A DNA stretch of 31,802 nucleotides. It comes from an uncultured bacterium (GTDB lineage Bacteria > Hydrothermota > Tepidihabitantia > Tepidihabitantales > Tepidihabitantaceae). The stretch lies in assembly GCA_965371675.1 (NCBI GenBank), contig CBDUZK010000001.1, positions 1-31,802 of the forward strand. Reading direction: 5' to 3'. Positions 23,096 through 31,802 of this stretch are shown piece by piece (within the stretch, counting starts at the first letter, position 1; every line of letters begins with the position of its first letter). The notes beneath the pieces are model-generated. The model was not told where the DNA came from, did not search any database, and saw nothing but the letters and a program-made list of their open reading frames with translations. The translations under genes were made by a program, and so were the position numbers.

Positions 23096-24505
23096 TCAGA
23101 ACCTGAACAGGCGTAGCGCGAGCGTCGCCAGTCCGAGCAGGATGAACAATCCGACCATGTCGGTGGTCGCGGTCAGAAGCAGGCTCGACGCGAGTGCCGG
23201 GTCTTTGCGCATTCGGGCGAGCAGCAGCGGCGTCAATGCTCCAAGCGATGAACCGACCGTGACGTTCAGGACCATGGCCAGAAACACAACCAGCCCGAGC
23301 ATGACCGAGTGGTGCATCAGCACCGCCACGATTGCCGCTACCGCGCCGGTCGCGAGCCCGGCGACCAGCCCGACCCGAATCTGTTTCCAGAGCAGCCGTC
23401 CGACGTCACCAGGCAGCACCTCACCCAACGCGAGTGCACGCACAATGATGTTGGTCGCCTGGTTGCCGGCCGCGCCGCCAATCCCGGCCACAATCGGCAT
23501 GAAGGCCGCGATGATTATCACCTGGACGATTGTGCCCTGGAACAGCAACACGACAAACGACGACAGTATCCCACCCAGCAGGCTGACGTACAGCCAGGGC
23601 ACGCGGCCGCGAACGCTGCTGCGGACCGAGGAGAACGCCTCTTCAAGGTCCATGGTCTGGCCGAGTTTTGCGATGTCTTCACTCGCTTCCTCAACCACCA
23701 CGTCAAGGATGTCGTCCGCGGTGATGATGCCGACCAGCCGGTCCGACTCGTCAACGACCGCAACGGTCGAGTAGTCATACTTGCGGGCCAGTTCCGCGGC
23801 CTCTTCCTGGTCGTCGAGCACCCGGGCCCATCCCTCGACCGGCTTCATGATCGCCCCGATCGGGGTCGCCGGTGCGTTCCGCAGCAGGTCGCGCAGCGCT
23901 ACGTATCCAGCGAGCCGGCTGTTGCCGTCCACCACGTACAGGAGTGCCGGTTCCACGTCCTGCGGTTCGGCGCGCCGCACCCGATCGGTCGTATCCCCGA
24001 CCGTATCCGTGTCCGGCACCGCCACAAACTCAAGCCGCATGCGGCCACCGGCGGTGTTCTCCGGGTACTTGAGCAACTCCGCGACTTCCTCCCGGTCCTC
24101 AGCCGGCAGGTCGCGGATGACCTCGGCCCGCTCCTCGTCGTCCAGCTCCGCAACCACGTCCGCGGCATCGTCCGAATCCATTTCCTTGACGAGGTCGGTG
24201 ATTTCCGAGTGGTCGAGTTCGGCCAGTACCGTTTCCAGCGACTCGTGGTCGAGTTCGACCACGACGTCGGCCGACTGGTCGACATCGACCTGCAGCAGGT
24301 CGAACAGCTCCGGTTTGCGGTCGGACCGCAGCCGGTCGATGACGTCGGCGATATCGGTGGGGTGGAGGTCAACGACCGCGGCCCGGGCGTCCGGGGTCCG
24401 GCCCTGTTCGAGCAGTTCCTCGACATTGCGGGCGATAGCGGCCGTATCCGGTTGCTCCCTGGTTCCGGCCGTCGGCGGTGCGTCTTTCTTAATCCTGTCC
24501 GGCAC
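23096..24505 (-). CDS. mgtE: Magnesium transporter MgtE
   Basis: 'DLHPTDIAD', 'MDSDDAADVVAEL', 'YPENTAGGRM', tandem CBS domains, 'RGRVPWL', 'GGAAGNQA', 'DPALAS..TTDMVG'. Start moved to GTG 24505 because of the promoter position. Confidence 0.95.
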   Translation of the reverse strand: MPDRIKKDAPPTAGTREQPDTAAIARNVEELLEQGRTPDARAAVVDLHPTDIADVIDRLRSDRKPELFDLLQVDVDQSADVVVELDHESLETVLAELDHSEITDLVKEMDSDDAADVVAELDDEERAEVIRDLPAEDREEVAELLKYPENTAGGRMRLEFVAVPDTDTVGDTTDRVRRAEPQDVEPALLYVVDGNSRLAGYVALRDLLRNAPATPIGAIMKPVEGWARVLDDQEEAAELARKYDYSTVAVVDESDRLVGIITADDILDVVVEEASEDIAKLGQTMDLEEAFSSVRSSVRGRVPWLYVSLLGGILSSFVVLLFQGTIVQVIIIAAFMPIVAGIGGAAGNQATNIIVRALALGEVLPGDVGRLLWKQIRVGLVAGLATGAVAAIVAVLMHHSVMLGLVVFLAMVLNVTVGSSLGALTPLLLARMRKDPALASSLLLTATTDMVGLFILLGLATLALRLFRF

Positions 24506-24510
24506 GGGGA

Positions 24511-24538
24511 ATCGTATCCCGACCCGGACGATTGTCAA
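24511..24538 (-). promoter_or_regulatory. mgtE promoter (leaderless)
   Basis: TTGACA-N16-TACGAT, 5 nt before GTG 24505. Confidence 0.7.
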
Positions 24539-24556
24539 TCCGCCGCAAGTGTTGGC

Positions 24557-24584
24557 TTGACTGGGCCGCGCGCGGCCGGAGAAT
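24557..24584 (+). promoter_or_regulatory. PrsW-family gene promoter (leaderless, divergent from mgtE)
   Basis: TTGACT-N16-GAGAAT, 5 nt before GTG 24590. Confidence 0.55.
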
Positions 24585-24589
24585 AGCCG

Positions 24590-25336
24590 GTGGTTGTTAC
24601 CTTGGTCCTCATCGCAGTCGCGCCCGCAGCCGCGCTCGGGCTTTTCTTTTATGTCCGCGACCGGTACAAAAAGGAGCCGCTTGCCAAGTTACTGGTCACG
24701 TTTCTGCTCGGCGCGGCGATGCTGGTCCCGGCCGCGGTCTGCTCGCTGCTGCTGCAGCGCTGGACCGGCTGGAGTTCCGACACCTCGAACCTGGTGCACC
24801 TCGCGCTCGGCGCGGTCCTGATTGTCGGGCTGATGGAGGAAACCTGGAAATTCGTGATTGTCCGACTCTACTGCTACGAACGGCCCGAGTTCGACGAACC
24901 CTACGACGGCATCATGTACGCGGTCATCGCCTCGCTCGGTTTCGCCACGGTCGAGAACCTGCTCTACGTGCTGAGCGGTGGATTGCACGTCGGTGTCCTG
25001 CGCGCGCTGCTGGCAGTACCCGGCCATGCGTTCTACGGTGTGCTGATGGGGTACTTCATGGGCGAGGCGAAGTTCGCCGCGTCCCGACTGCAAGCCGCTG
25101 GGTTGCAGTTCGCCGGGCTCGGCCTTGCAGTCCTCGCCCACGGGGTCTACGATTTCATGGTGTTCTCGATTGACGAACGGCCGTTCATGATCCTGATGCT
25201 GCCCGTCTTCGCCGCGCTCGCCTGGATCATCTTCTTCCGCGCCACCAAACGCCAGGCCGAGCAGTCATTCCGCCGCCGGCCGCAACTGGCCGAACTCCAC
25301 AACACCAGACCGGAGAAGAACCGGAAAGAGGATTGA
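24590..25336 (+). CDS. prsW: PrsW-family intramembrane glutamic metalloprotease
   Basis: 'GLMEETWK' (EExxK), 'FDEPYDGIMY', 'GFATVENLLY', 'GHAFYG', 'AHGVYD'. Confidence 0.9.
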   Translation: MVVTLVLIAVAPAAALGLFFYVRDRYKKEPLAKLLVTFLLGAAMLVPAAVCSLLLQRWTGWSSDTSNLVHLALGAVLIVGLMEETWKFVIVRLYCYERPEFDEPYDGIMYAVIASLGFATVENLLYVLSGGLHVGVLRALLAVPGHAFYGVLMGYFMGEAKFAASRLQAAGLQFAGLGLAVLAHGVYDFMVFSIDERPFMILMLPVFAALAWIIFFRATKRQAEQSFRRRPQLAELHNTRPEKNRKED

Positions 25337-25355
25337 CCGAACCGGACAGGTCAGG

Positions 25356-25988
25356 TCAGGCGCCGGCGCGGCGGAACTGCTCGATTGCCTGCTCGCTCAA
25401 CGGATGGTCGCCGAGTTGTTCGAGCACGGGAAGAGTCAGGGTAAGGTGGTCCGCACCGGCCAGGGTCGCAGCCACAGCCTCGGTCGGGGTCTTGATGCTC
25501 GCCGCCAGAACCTCGGCACCGGTGCCGCACGCCTCGGCAACTGCCGCAAGTTCGGCGACAAGGCTGCAGCCATCACCCATCAGCCGTGTAGCCCGGTTGA
25601 CGTAAGGAATCAGGTATCGGGCTCCGGCTGCGCACGCGGCCAGGGCCTGGTATGCGCCGAACATGGCCGTCACTGCGCACGGGATACCCGGTGCTAGTTT
25701 CGCCACAAGTTTCATGTTCACGGTCGTGGCCGGTATCTTCAGCACCAATTTGTCCGGGCAAAGGGCATGAAACTCCCGGGCTTCCTGCTCCCGTTCTTCG
25801 GGCGTGTCACCGGTCACCTGGTAGAATACCGGTCCGCACGCGACCGTGCATATGTCCGCAATCACGTCCACGGCCGGGCGGTCGACGCGCGCCATCAACG
25901 CCGGGTTGGTCGTGACCCCGGTCACATAACCCAGCTCAATCGCCTGCCGGACTTCGTCTATCTTCGCGCTGTCAATCAGCAGGCTCAT
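25356..25988 (-). CDS. Transaldolase-family protein, fructose-6-phosphate-aldolase (FSA) type
   Basis: 'GVTTNPALM', Schiff-base 'VLKIP', 'LAASIK'; FSA-diagnostic 'FYQV' (Gln) and 'PYVNR' (Tyr). Confidence 0.85.
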   Translation of the reverse strand: MSLLIDSAKIDEVRQAIELGYVTGVTTNPALMARVDRPAVDVIADICTVACGPVFYQVTGDTPEEREQEAREFHALCPDKLVLKIPATTVNMKLVAKLAPGIPCAVTAMFGAYQALAACAAGARYLIPYVNRATRLMGDGCSLVAELAAVAEACGTGAEVLAASIKTPTEAVAATLAGADHLTLTLPVLEQLGDHPLSEQAIEQFRRAGA

Positions 25989-26931
25989 CTTCCTCCTCCG
26001 GTTCGGCCGTCTCCGGCTCGTTCGTCGTCATGAACCGCTCGACATCGGCGAGCCGCGGCATCGAAGGCTCCGCCCCCGCGACCGTGCACGCAAGCGCACC
26101 GCTGGCGTTCGCGAATCCCACCGCCGCGTCCACTGTTCGGCCCCGGACGAGCATCACCGCCAGGCCGGCCCGGAAGGCGTCACCCGCACCGGTCGTATCG
26201 ACCGCGTCAATCAGGTACCCGGCATGGTCACGCGTGCCCTCGCCGTCGATCACCAGAGCCCCGGACGCGCCGCGCGATATCACGACCGCCAGCAGTTCCT
26301 CATCGAACAACTCACGCGCCCACTCTTCCGGGTTGTTGCATTCCGCCAGCATGTTCGCTTCCAGCTCGTTCGGCACCAGGTAGTCAATCGGCCAGTCCAA
26401 GTTCCCGCATTCCAGGTGGACCGGCGCCGGGTCCAGCATCACGAGCGTGTCGTGCCGCCGGGCAATTTCGGCCGCATGCTTCGACGCCGCCGGGTTGACC
26501 TCGAACTGAAGCATCAACAGATCCGCAGCTGTTATCTTCTCCTTGGCTTGCTCGATGTCCTCGACCGTCAATGCCATGTTCGCGCGGGGAACCCCGATAA
26601 TGCTGTTCTGGCCATCCGGAAACACGGTCGGACACGCCACGCCGGTGCCTTGCTCCGGGTCCCGAACGACGAACCGGCTCGCCATGTGCTCATCGTGCAG
26701 CCGGCGCAGAAACCTGTCGCCGAACGGATCGCGACCGACCCGGCCGACCAGCGTTACTTCCGCGCCGAGCCGGTTGGCGGCCACCGCCTGGTTGAATCCC
26801 TTGCCGCCGAGGAACATGTCGAACCCGGTGCCGGGTAACGTCTCGCCCGACTGCGGACGGTGTGCGACCCGGAATACGAGGTCCATAACTAGGCTGCCGA
26901 CCACTGCGATTTTCGGATGTCCTGCCTTCAT
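25972..26931 (-). CDS. rbsK: Ribokinase (PfkB family)
   Basis: 'VVGSLVMDL', 'GGKGFNQAVAANRLG', 'DTTGAGDAF'. Confidence 0.85.
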   Translation of the reverse strand: MKAGHPKIAVVGSLVMDLVFRVAHRPQSGETLPGTGFDMFLGGKGFNQAVAANRLGAEVTLVGRVGRDPFGDRFLRRLHDEHMASRFVVRDPEQGTGVACPTVFPDGQNSIIGVPRANMALTVEDIEQAKEKITAADLLMLQFEVNPAASKHAAEIARRHDTLVMLDPAPVHLECGNLDWPIDYLVPNELEANMLAECNNPEEWARELFDEELLAVVISRGASGALVIDGEGTRDHAGYLIDAVDTTGAGDAFRAGLAVMLVRGRTVDAAVGFANASGALACTVAGAEPSMPRLADVERFMTTNEPETAEPEEEDEPAD

Positions 26932-26939
26932 CGGGTCAG

Positions 26940-26968
26940 AGAATGCCTTCGCGCCCACCGTGTGTCAA
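26940..26968 (-). promoter_or_regulatory. rbsK promoter
   Basis: TTGACA-N17-CATTCT, 8 nt before ATG 26931. Confidence 0.65.
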
Positions 26969-26982
26969 GCGGTCGTTACTGC

Positions 26983-29028
26983 CTAGCTGTCCCAGAGTTT
27001 GTCGATCCTGCTCCGGACGTCGGTCTCGGCCTCGAAATCGGCCGGCATCGGCTCGGCCAGGCCGTAGCGCACCACCTGCTGTTTGAGCAGCGACGCGACG
27101 TTCGTCGGGATGAAGCGGGTAAGCTGGGCATACAGGTGCGCGTCGCCCATCCGGAACTTCTTGTGGTAGTAGCGCAGCGGGAACAGGATATAGAGTCGAT
27201 CCCGCGCCCGGGTTACGGCAACGTAGAACAGCCGGCGCTCCTCCTCGATTTCCTCGTCCTTGCCGGTTGCCATATCCGACGGGATCATCCCGTCCGCCGC
27301 GTGAATCACGTACACCACCTTCCACTCGCACCCCTTGGCCGAATGCATCGTCGACAGGACCAGCCAGTCGTCGTCTTTGTGCGGCGGCCCGGCGAGGTCC
27401 GCGGTCGACCGCGGCGGGTCAAGCGTCAGGTCGGTGATGAAACTCTGCCGGGTCCTGTAACGCCGGGAGATGCTCTCGAGCTGTTCCAGGTCGCGACCGC
27501 GCGGCAGCGGGTTGTCGTACAGCCGCCCGAGCAGCGGTTCGTAGTACTGGCGCAGCTTCTCAATCTGGGCCGCGACCGGCAATCCCTCGCCGCCATTGTG
27601 AATCGCAATCAACACCTCGACCAGCTCCGCGAACGTCTCGGCCGCGGCGGCGGGCACCTTGCACTCCTGCAGAGACTCAATCCCGGCCTGTGACTCCCGC
27701 AGGTGGTTGACGATTCGCCGCGCGGTCTTCGGCCCGACGCCGTCCAGCATTTCGAATACCCGGAACCAGCTCAGGTCGTCGCGCGGATTCTCGATTATCC
27801 GCAGCAACGCGAGCAGGTCTTTGACGTGGGCCGCCTCGACGAACTTGAGCCCGCCGTACTTGTGGAAAGGAATGCCCCGGCGCGCGAGCTCGATTTCGAG
27901 CGCGTCCGAATGGTGCCCGGCCCGGAACAGAACCGCCTGCTGCTGAAGCGGGACGCCTTCCTCGAGGTGCTTGAGCACGTCGTCACACACCATCTGTGAC
28001 TGCTCCGCCTCATCAATGCACGTGGTCAGCACCGGCCGCTGTTTGCTCTTGCGGTCCGACCACAGGTTCTTGGTGTACTTGAACTGCGCCTGCTCCATGA
28101 TCTTGTTTGCTACAGCCAGTATCGGCTGCACCGACCGGTAGTTCTCTTCGAGCGTGACTATTTTCGTGTCCGGGAACTGCTCCGGGAACTGCATGATATT
28201 CTGCACCGTCGCGCCCCGGAACCGGTAGATTGACTGGGCGTCGTCACCCACAACCGTGATATTGTGGTTCTCGCGGCGCAGCCCCTGCAGGATTTCAGCC
28301 TGGATGATGTTCGTGTCCTGATATTCGTCGACCAGCACGTGGTCAAACTGCGCCGCCATCTGTTCGCACGCCCGGGGAACGTCCAGCACGTGCTTCCAGA
28401 ATATCAACAGGTCGTCGTAGTCGAGCACCAGACGTTCCTTCTTGCGCTGGGAATACTGCTTGAATATCTCGCGCAGCCCCTTCTCCGCCTCCGCACACCA
28501 TGGGTACTCCTGTTGAAGCACATCCGCCAGCGGCTCACGCGAGTTCACCACCCGCGAGTAAATCGACCGAATCGTTCGCTTGCGCGGGAATCGCTTGTCT
28601 TTGGAGCTATACCCGAGTTCGACCCGGATCATGCCGAGCAAATCGGCTGAGTCGCCTTCGTCCGCAACCGTGAACCCGGACTCCAGCCCGACCGCGCTGC
28701 AGTACACCCGCAGGAGCCGGTTCGCCACCGCGTGGAAAGTACCGCCCCACACCTTGAAGGTCGACTCGCGCGTCAGCGAATGCGCCCGGCTGATCATCTC
28801 CTGCGCCGCCCGGCGCGTGAACGTCAGCAGCAGGATACGGTCGGCCGGCACACCCTGCCGGATGAGCCACGCCACGCGGTATGCCAGGGTCCGGGTCTTG
28901 CCCGTGCCCGCGCCGGCGATGATCAATAGCGGCCCGTCGCCGTGCTGCACCGCCTCGCGCTGCCTGGAGTTGAGCTGTCCGAGCCAGCCGTCGGTTGTTT
29001 CCTGGTTCGGGTCGGTTGGATTACTCAT
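26983..29028 (-). CDS. UvrD/PcrA/Rep-family SF1A ATP-dependent DNA helicase
   Basis: 'AGAGTGKT', 'LTFTRRAA', 'VDEYQD', 'VGDDAQSIYRFRGA', 'LEENYRS', 'TMHSAKGCEW', 'EERRLFYVAVTRA'. Confidence 0.95.
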   Translation of the reverse strand: MSNPTDPNQETTDGWLGQLNSRQREAVQHGDGPLLIIAGAGTGKTRTLAYRVAWLIRQGVPADRILLLTFTRRAAQEMISRAHSLTRESTFKVWGGTFHAVANRLLRVYCSAVGLESGFTVADEGDSADLLGMIRVELGYSSKDKRFPRKRTIRSIYSRVVNSREPLADVLQQEYPWCAEAEKGLREIFKQYSQRKKERLVLDYDDLLIFWKHVLDVPRACEQMAAQFDHVLVDEYQDTNIIQAEILQGLRRENHNITVVGDDAQSIYRFRGATVQNIMQFPEQFPDTKIVTLEENYRSVQPILAVANKIMEQAQFKYTKNLWSDRKSKQRPVLTTCIDEAEQSQMVCDDVLKHLEEGVPLQQQAVLFRAGHHSDALEIELARRGIPFHKYGGLKFVEAAHVKDLLALLRIIENPRDDLSWFRVFEMLDGVGPKTARRIVNHLRESQAGIESLQECKVPAAAAETFAELVEVLIAIHNGGEGLPVAAQIEKLRQYYEPLLGRLYDNPLPRGRDLEQLESISRRYRTRQSFITDLTLDPPRSTADLAGPPHKDDDWLVLSTMHSAKGCEWKVVYVIHAADGMIPSDMATGKDEEIEEERRLFYVAVTRARDRLYILFPLRYYHKKFRMGDAHLYAQLTRFIPTNVASLLKQQVVRYGLAEPMPADFEAETDVRSRIDKLWDS

Positions 29029-29041
29029 CGCGTCGGCGGTG

Positions 29042-29070
29042 ATTATACGCCCACACGGCCCGGGCTACAA
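29042..29070 (-). promoter_or_regulatory. Helicase promoter
   Basis: TTGTAG-N17-TATAAT, 13 nt before ATG 29028. Confidence 0.65.
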
Positions 29071-29097
29071 GGCCGCCCAGACAGGAATGAGTCGGAA

Positions 29098-29823
29098 TCA
29101 GCGGGGGAAAACCTGCTCGACTGTTGAAGTTTCGGCCCAGCCGCCCTCACCGCCCGGTGCCTGGAGCAGGACGTACTCGCCCCGGCGCTCGCGCGCCATG
29201 ACCTCAAGCCCGTCGTGCACAATCAGGATGTCTTTGTAGCCAGGGCCCGGGCCGGAACGCAGGGTCAATTCCGGCACCACGACTACCGCCCGGTGCGGAC
29301 TCACCGCCCCGGCCCAACTCAGCCACGACACGGAACAGTAGAGCCCCAGCACGCCGAACCCGACCGCGAGCCACAATCCGACTCGCGACCGTCGCACAAG
29401 CAACACTGTCAGCGCCGCCGCGGCCAGCAGGAACAGCAGCCCGGTGAGGAGCTTGGCTGCGGCCAGGCTCAGGAATCGGAGCAGTCCAACGAGGAATCTC
29501 ACCAGCGGGTTCGGCACCGATAGAGTCCGGTCCGGTCGGTAGGCCCGGGCGAAGTCCAGGTTGTGCCTGATGTCCGGGTCGTGCGGGTCGAGCACCTCCG
29601 CCCGCAGGTAGTCGGCAATCGCCCGGCCCACCTGGCCGAGCTTGAACCGGGCGTTGCCCCGGTTGTAGAACACACCTGCGGCCAGGACTCGCGCCGCCGC
29701 GCTGTCGTAGAGTACGACCGCCTGCGTGTAGTCGGCCGCCTCGTACGCTTCGTTCGCCCTGTTATACTGCTCGCCCGGGGTGGCGGTCAGCAGCAGTGCT
29801 AACAACAGGCTGACCGGTATCAC
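29098..29823 (-). CDS. batE: BatE-like TPR + SH3 protein
   Basis: 'YNRANEAYEAADY..AVVLY', 'FYNRGNARFKLGQVGRAIADY', 'DIRHNL', two TM helices and an SH3-like 'LRSGPG...HDGLEV...GW'. GTG 29823 overlaps the batD stop (GTGA). Confidence 0.8.
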   Translation of the reverse strand: MIPVSLLLALLLTATPGEQYNRANEAYEAADYTQAVVLYDSAAARVLAAGVFYNRGNARFKLGQVGRAIADYLRAEVLDPHDPDIRHNLDFARAYRPDRTLSVPNPLVRFLVGLLRFLSLAAAKLLTGLLFLLAAAALTVLLVRRSRVGLWLAVGFGVLGLYCSVSWLSWAGAVSPHRAVVVVPELTLRSGPGPGYKDILIVHDGLEVMARERRGEYVLLQAPGGEGGWAETSTVEQVFPR

Positions 29824-31628
29824 AGCGCCTCCAGTACCCGGCGTGCGCGTTCGAGCGTTGCGACCGCGCCGCCCGCGACCGCGGCCGGGCTGAACCGGGC
29901 CGTATCGCAACTTCGCAGAATCCCCTGTAATTCGTCGATGGTACCCGCCGCCACTCCGCGCGCGGCCAGCTCCCGGTTCAGTTCGTCACCGGTCATTCCG
30001 ACCGCCTCGATGTTGAACCGGTCCCCGACGTACCCGAGCACCGCCGCATTCAGGGCCGCGTGGAACTCGCGCTCCCTTGTTTCTTTCAGCAACCGGGCCG
30101 CTTCCGCCAGCCGCTTCTTCACCAGCCGGCTTGACCGGCGACGCCGGGCATAACCCCGGTCCTTCTCCAGCTTCCGGCGGTGACGCCCGAGGATGATTCC
30201 CAGCCCGAGCAGCCCGGCCCCGGCCAGGTAGAACAGCCAGGCCCACCACGGCGGCGAAACCCGCCACCCGCCGAGCAATGCAGCGTCGAGGAACGGCGCG
30301 GAGCACGCGGGCTTGATGTGACGGATATCGGTGCTGAGCATCCTCGCGCCCGTATCTCCATCACTGAGCGGTTCGACCGGCTTCGCGCCCGATGCGACAA
30401 ACTCAAGCCGCGTGGTCGAACGGGTGTAGTACAGGCCCTGCCTCGGGTCGAAGAAACCCAGTTCGACCGCTGGTATCACGTGCCGCCCGTCCGCCTGCGG
30501 AATAATCGGGTAGATGAACTCGCGTGACCCTTTGACCCGTCCGCCGCTGCGGGACACCCGGTCGCGCGTTTCCGGGCTGAGCACCTTTGCGCCCGGGATA
30601 CGAGGCAGCGCCGGCTCGCCGATGAGCTGGATATTACCGGCACCCTCGATCCTGACCGTCAATCGCACCGGCGCGCCAGCAACCGAGCTGTCACGGTCCA
30701 GGCTCGCGCTCAGGTCGAAGCTGCCGACCCCGCCGGTGAACCCGGGCGGCCGACCCGAATCGGGCAACGGCCTGACCTCGATGGTGATCGGGTCCGATGC
30801 CGTCTCAAACGGCTCACTGGCATTGAAGAAGAACCCGCCCCGCCGCACGACCGCACCTGCCAGTCGCATCGCACCGACCTGGAGCCTCCCGGTCCGCGTC
30901 GGAAAAAGCGCGACCCGTTTGATGGTCGCCGCGTTGTACTGCTGTCCGTGGTACTCCCGGGTTTCGTACTGGAGCTGTTCCGCGTCGTACAGCTTCTCCA
31001 TCCAGAACCCGGTGAACGTCGGCACCTGGGCCAGCTTCAGGTCCGCAATCTGCAGTCGGGTGTAGAACGTATACGTGGCGGTCACCTGCTCGCCCTGGTA
31101 CACCGACGTCCGGTTGACGGTCGCGCCCACGTGCACGTCCTCCCGGGCCGTGCCGGTCGGTTCCGGCTGCCCCGGGAACGGGCTGAACGGGTTCTGCTGC
31201 CGGGCAGGCGGGGCCCGGCCCTGGTGTTCTTTGACCACGGTGATGGCAATCGGCTCGGTCCGGTAGATGTTGCCGCCGAAGTCGAGCGTGCACGGACCGA
31301 TAACGAGTTCGCCCAGCTCACGCGGCGCCAGCGAATAGACATGGCTGATTATCTGCTCGCGCGTAATCCGCCCGTTGACGAAGGATATGTTGGTCGACTG
31401 CGACGACGTGCTGCCCAGTTGCTCGAACCCGGACAGGTTCGGCAGCTTCGGTCTCCCCACCCGGCCGATACCGCTGCCGGACACCGTAACCGTCAATGTG
31501 AACCGCTCACCCAGCCCAACCCTGGTCCGGTCGACCCGCGCGCTGAACTGCAACTCCGCGCCCACGACCACGGTCGTGAGCAACACCGTCAGGATTGCGA
31601 CACCCACCGGGCCGCGAATTACCCTCAT
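29820..31628 (-). CDS. batD: BatD family protein
   Basis: 'FSARVDRTRVGLGERFTL', 'STNISFVNG', 'VYQGEQV', 'GFTGGVGSF', 'IEGAGNI'; a TM helix and 'CDTARFSP'. Confidence 0.9.
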   Translation of the reverse strand: MRVIRGPVGVAILTVLLTTVVVGAELQFSARVDRTRVGLGERFTLTVTVSGSGIGRVGRPKLPNLSGFEQLGSTSSQSTNISFVNGRITREQIISHVYSLAPRELGELVIGPCTLDFGGNIYRTEPIAITVVKEHQGRAPPARQQNPFSPFPGQPEPTGTAREDVHVGATVNRTSVYQGEQVTATYTFYTRLQIADLKLAQVPTFTGFWMEKLYDAEQLQYETREYHGQQYNAATIKRVALFPTRTGRLQVGAMRLAGAVVRRGGFFFNASEPFETASDPITIEVRPLPDSGRPPGFTGGVGSFDLSASLDRDSSVAGAPVRLTVRIEGAGNIQLIGEPALPRIPGAKVLSPETRDRVSRSGGRVKGSREFIYPIIPQADGRHVIPAVELGFFDPRQGLYYTRSTTRLEFVASGAKPVEPLSDGDTGARMLSTDIRHIKPACSAPFLDAALLGGWRVSPPWWAWLFYLAGAGLLGLGIILGRHRRKLEKDRGYARRRRSSRLVKKRLAEAARLLKETREREFHAALNAAVLGYVGDRFNIEAVGMTGDELNRELAARGVAAGTIDELQGILRSCDTARFSPAAVAGGAVATLERARRVLEAL

Positions 31629-31629
31629 T

Positions 31630-31802
31630 CTACCAGTCTTTGTCAACCTTGCGTCTCCGGTCCGGCTGGTGGGCCCGCTTCTGCTCTTCTTTCTCTTTGC
31701 CTTCCAGGGCCTGCAGCACTCGCTCCGCTTGTTCCCGGTCCATCTGATCCGGTCGCTGCTGTTGCTGTTGTTGCTCTTCCTGCTGCTGCTGTTGTTGTTG
31801 CT
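31630..31802 (-). CDS. batC: C-terminus of a BatC-like protein (partial, poly-Q linker)
   Basis: QQQQQQQEEQQQQQRPDQMDREQAERVLQALEGKEKEEQKR...KVDKDW*; lies directly upstream of batD. Confidence 0.75.
   Translation of the reverse strand, partial: QQQQQQQEEQQQQQQRPDQMDREQAERVLQALEGKEKEEQKRAHQPDRRRKVDKDW

Noticed and set aside
31750-31802. CAG/CAA trinucleotide run as a phase-variable repeat
   Set aside because: It encodes the ordinary Q-rich linker of BatC-like proteins, with mixed codons.

Overview
GC-rich bacterial genomic window from a diderm (TonB-dependent receptor, Bat genes, lipoproteins). The lineage cannot be established from sequence alone. The left ~10 kb looks like an accessory/defence region. 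It holds a >1046-aa fused Type IIG restriction-modification gene (missing from the ORF track because it runs off the window), a 12-bp-periodic minisatellite, a coupled MerR-like HTH + VIT-vWA pair, and a wHTH-DUF6922 / AbiEii-like toxin-antitoxin pair. It also holds a Zn-ribbon protein, an unannotated 41-aa membrane peptide, and a methyltransferase bracketed by a 38-bp direct repeat. The middle has a lipoprotein with a thioester-domain-like motif pair behind a ~420-nt structured leader. It then carries the most striking feature: a redox cluster with three 10-Cys DUF2769-like proteins. Two of them each head a transcription unit directly upstream of a rubredoxin-fused enzyme (FMN glutamate-synthase-like; TPP pyruvate-oxidase-like), and the third is an exported lipoprotein next to a two-His PepSY-type membrane protein. 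The right side is housekeeping: TBDR, mgtE, PrsW-family protease, ribokinase + FSA-type aldolase, UvrD-like helicase and batCDE. About a dozen genes have sigma70-like promoters ending 5-10 nt before the start codon (leaderless expression). No rRNA, tRNA, CRISPR, integrase or transposase was recognised. All family assignments come from motif recognition, not database searches.
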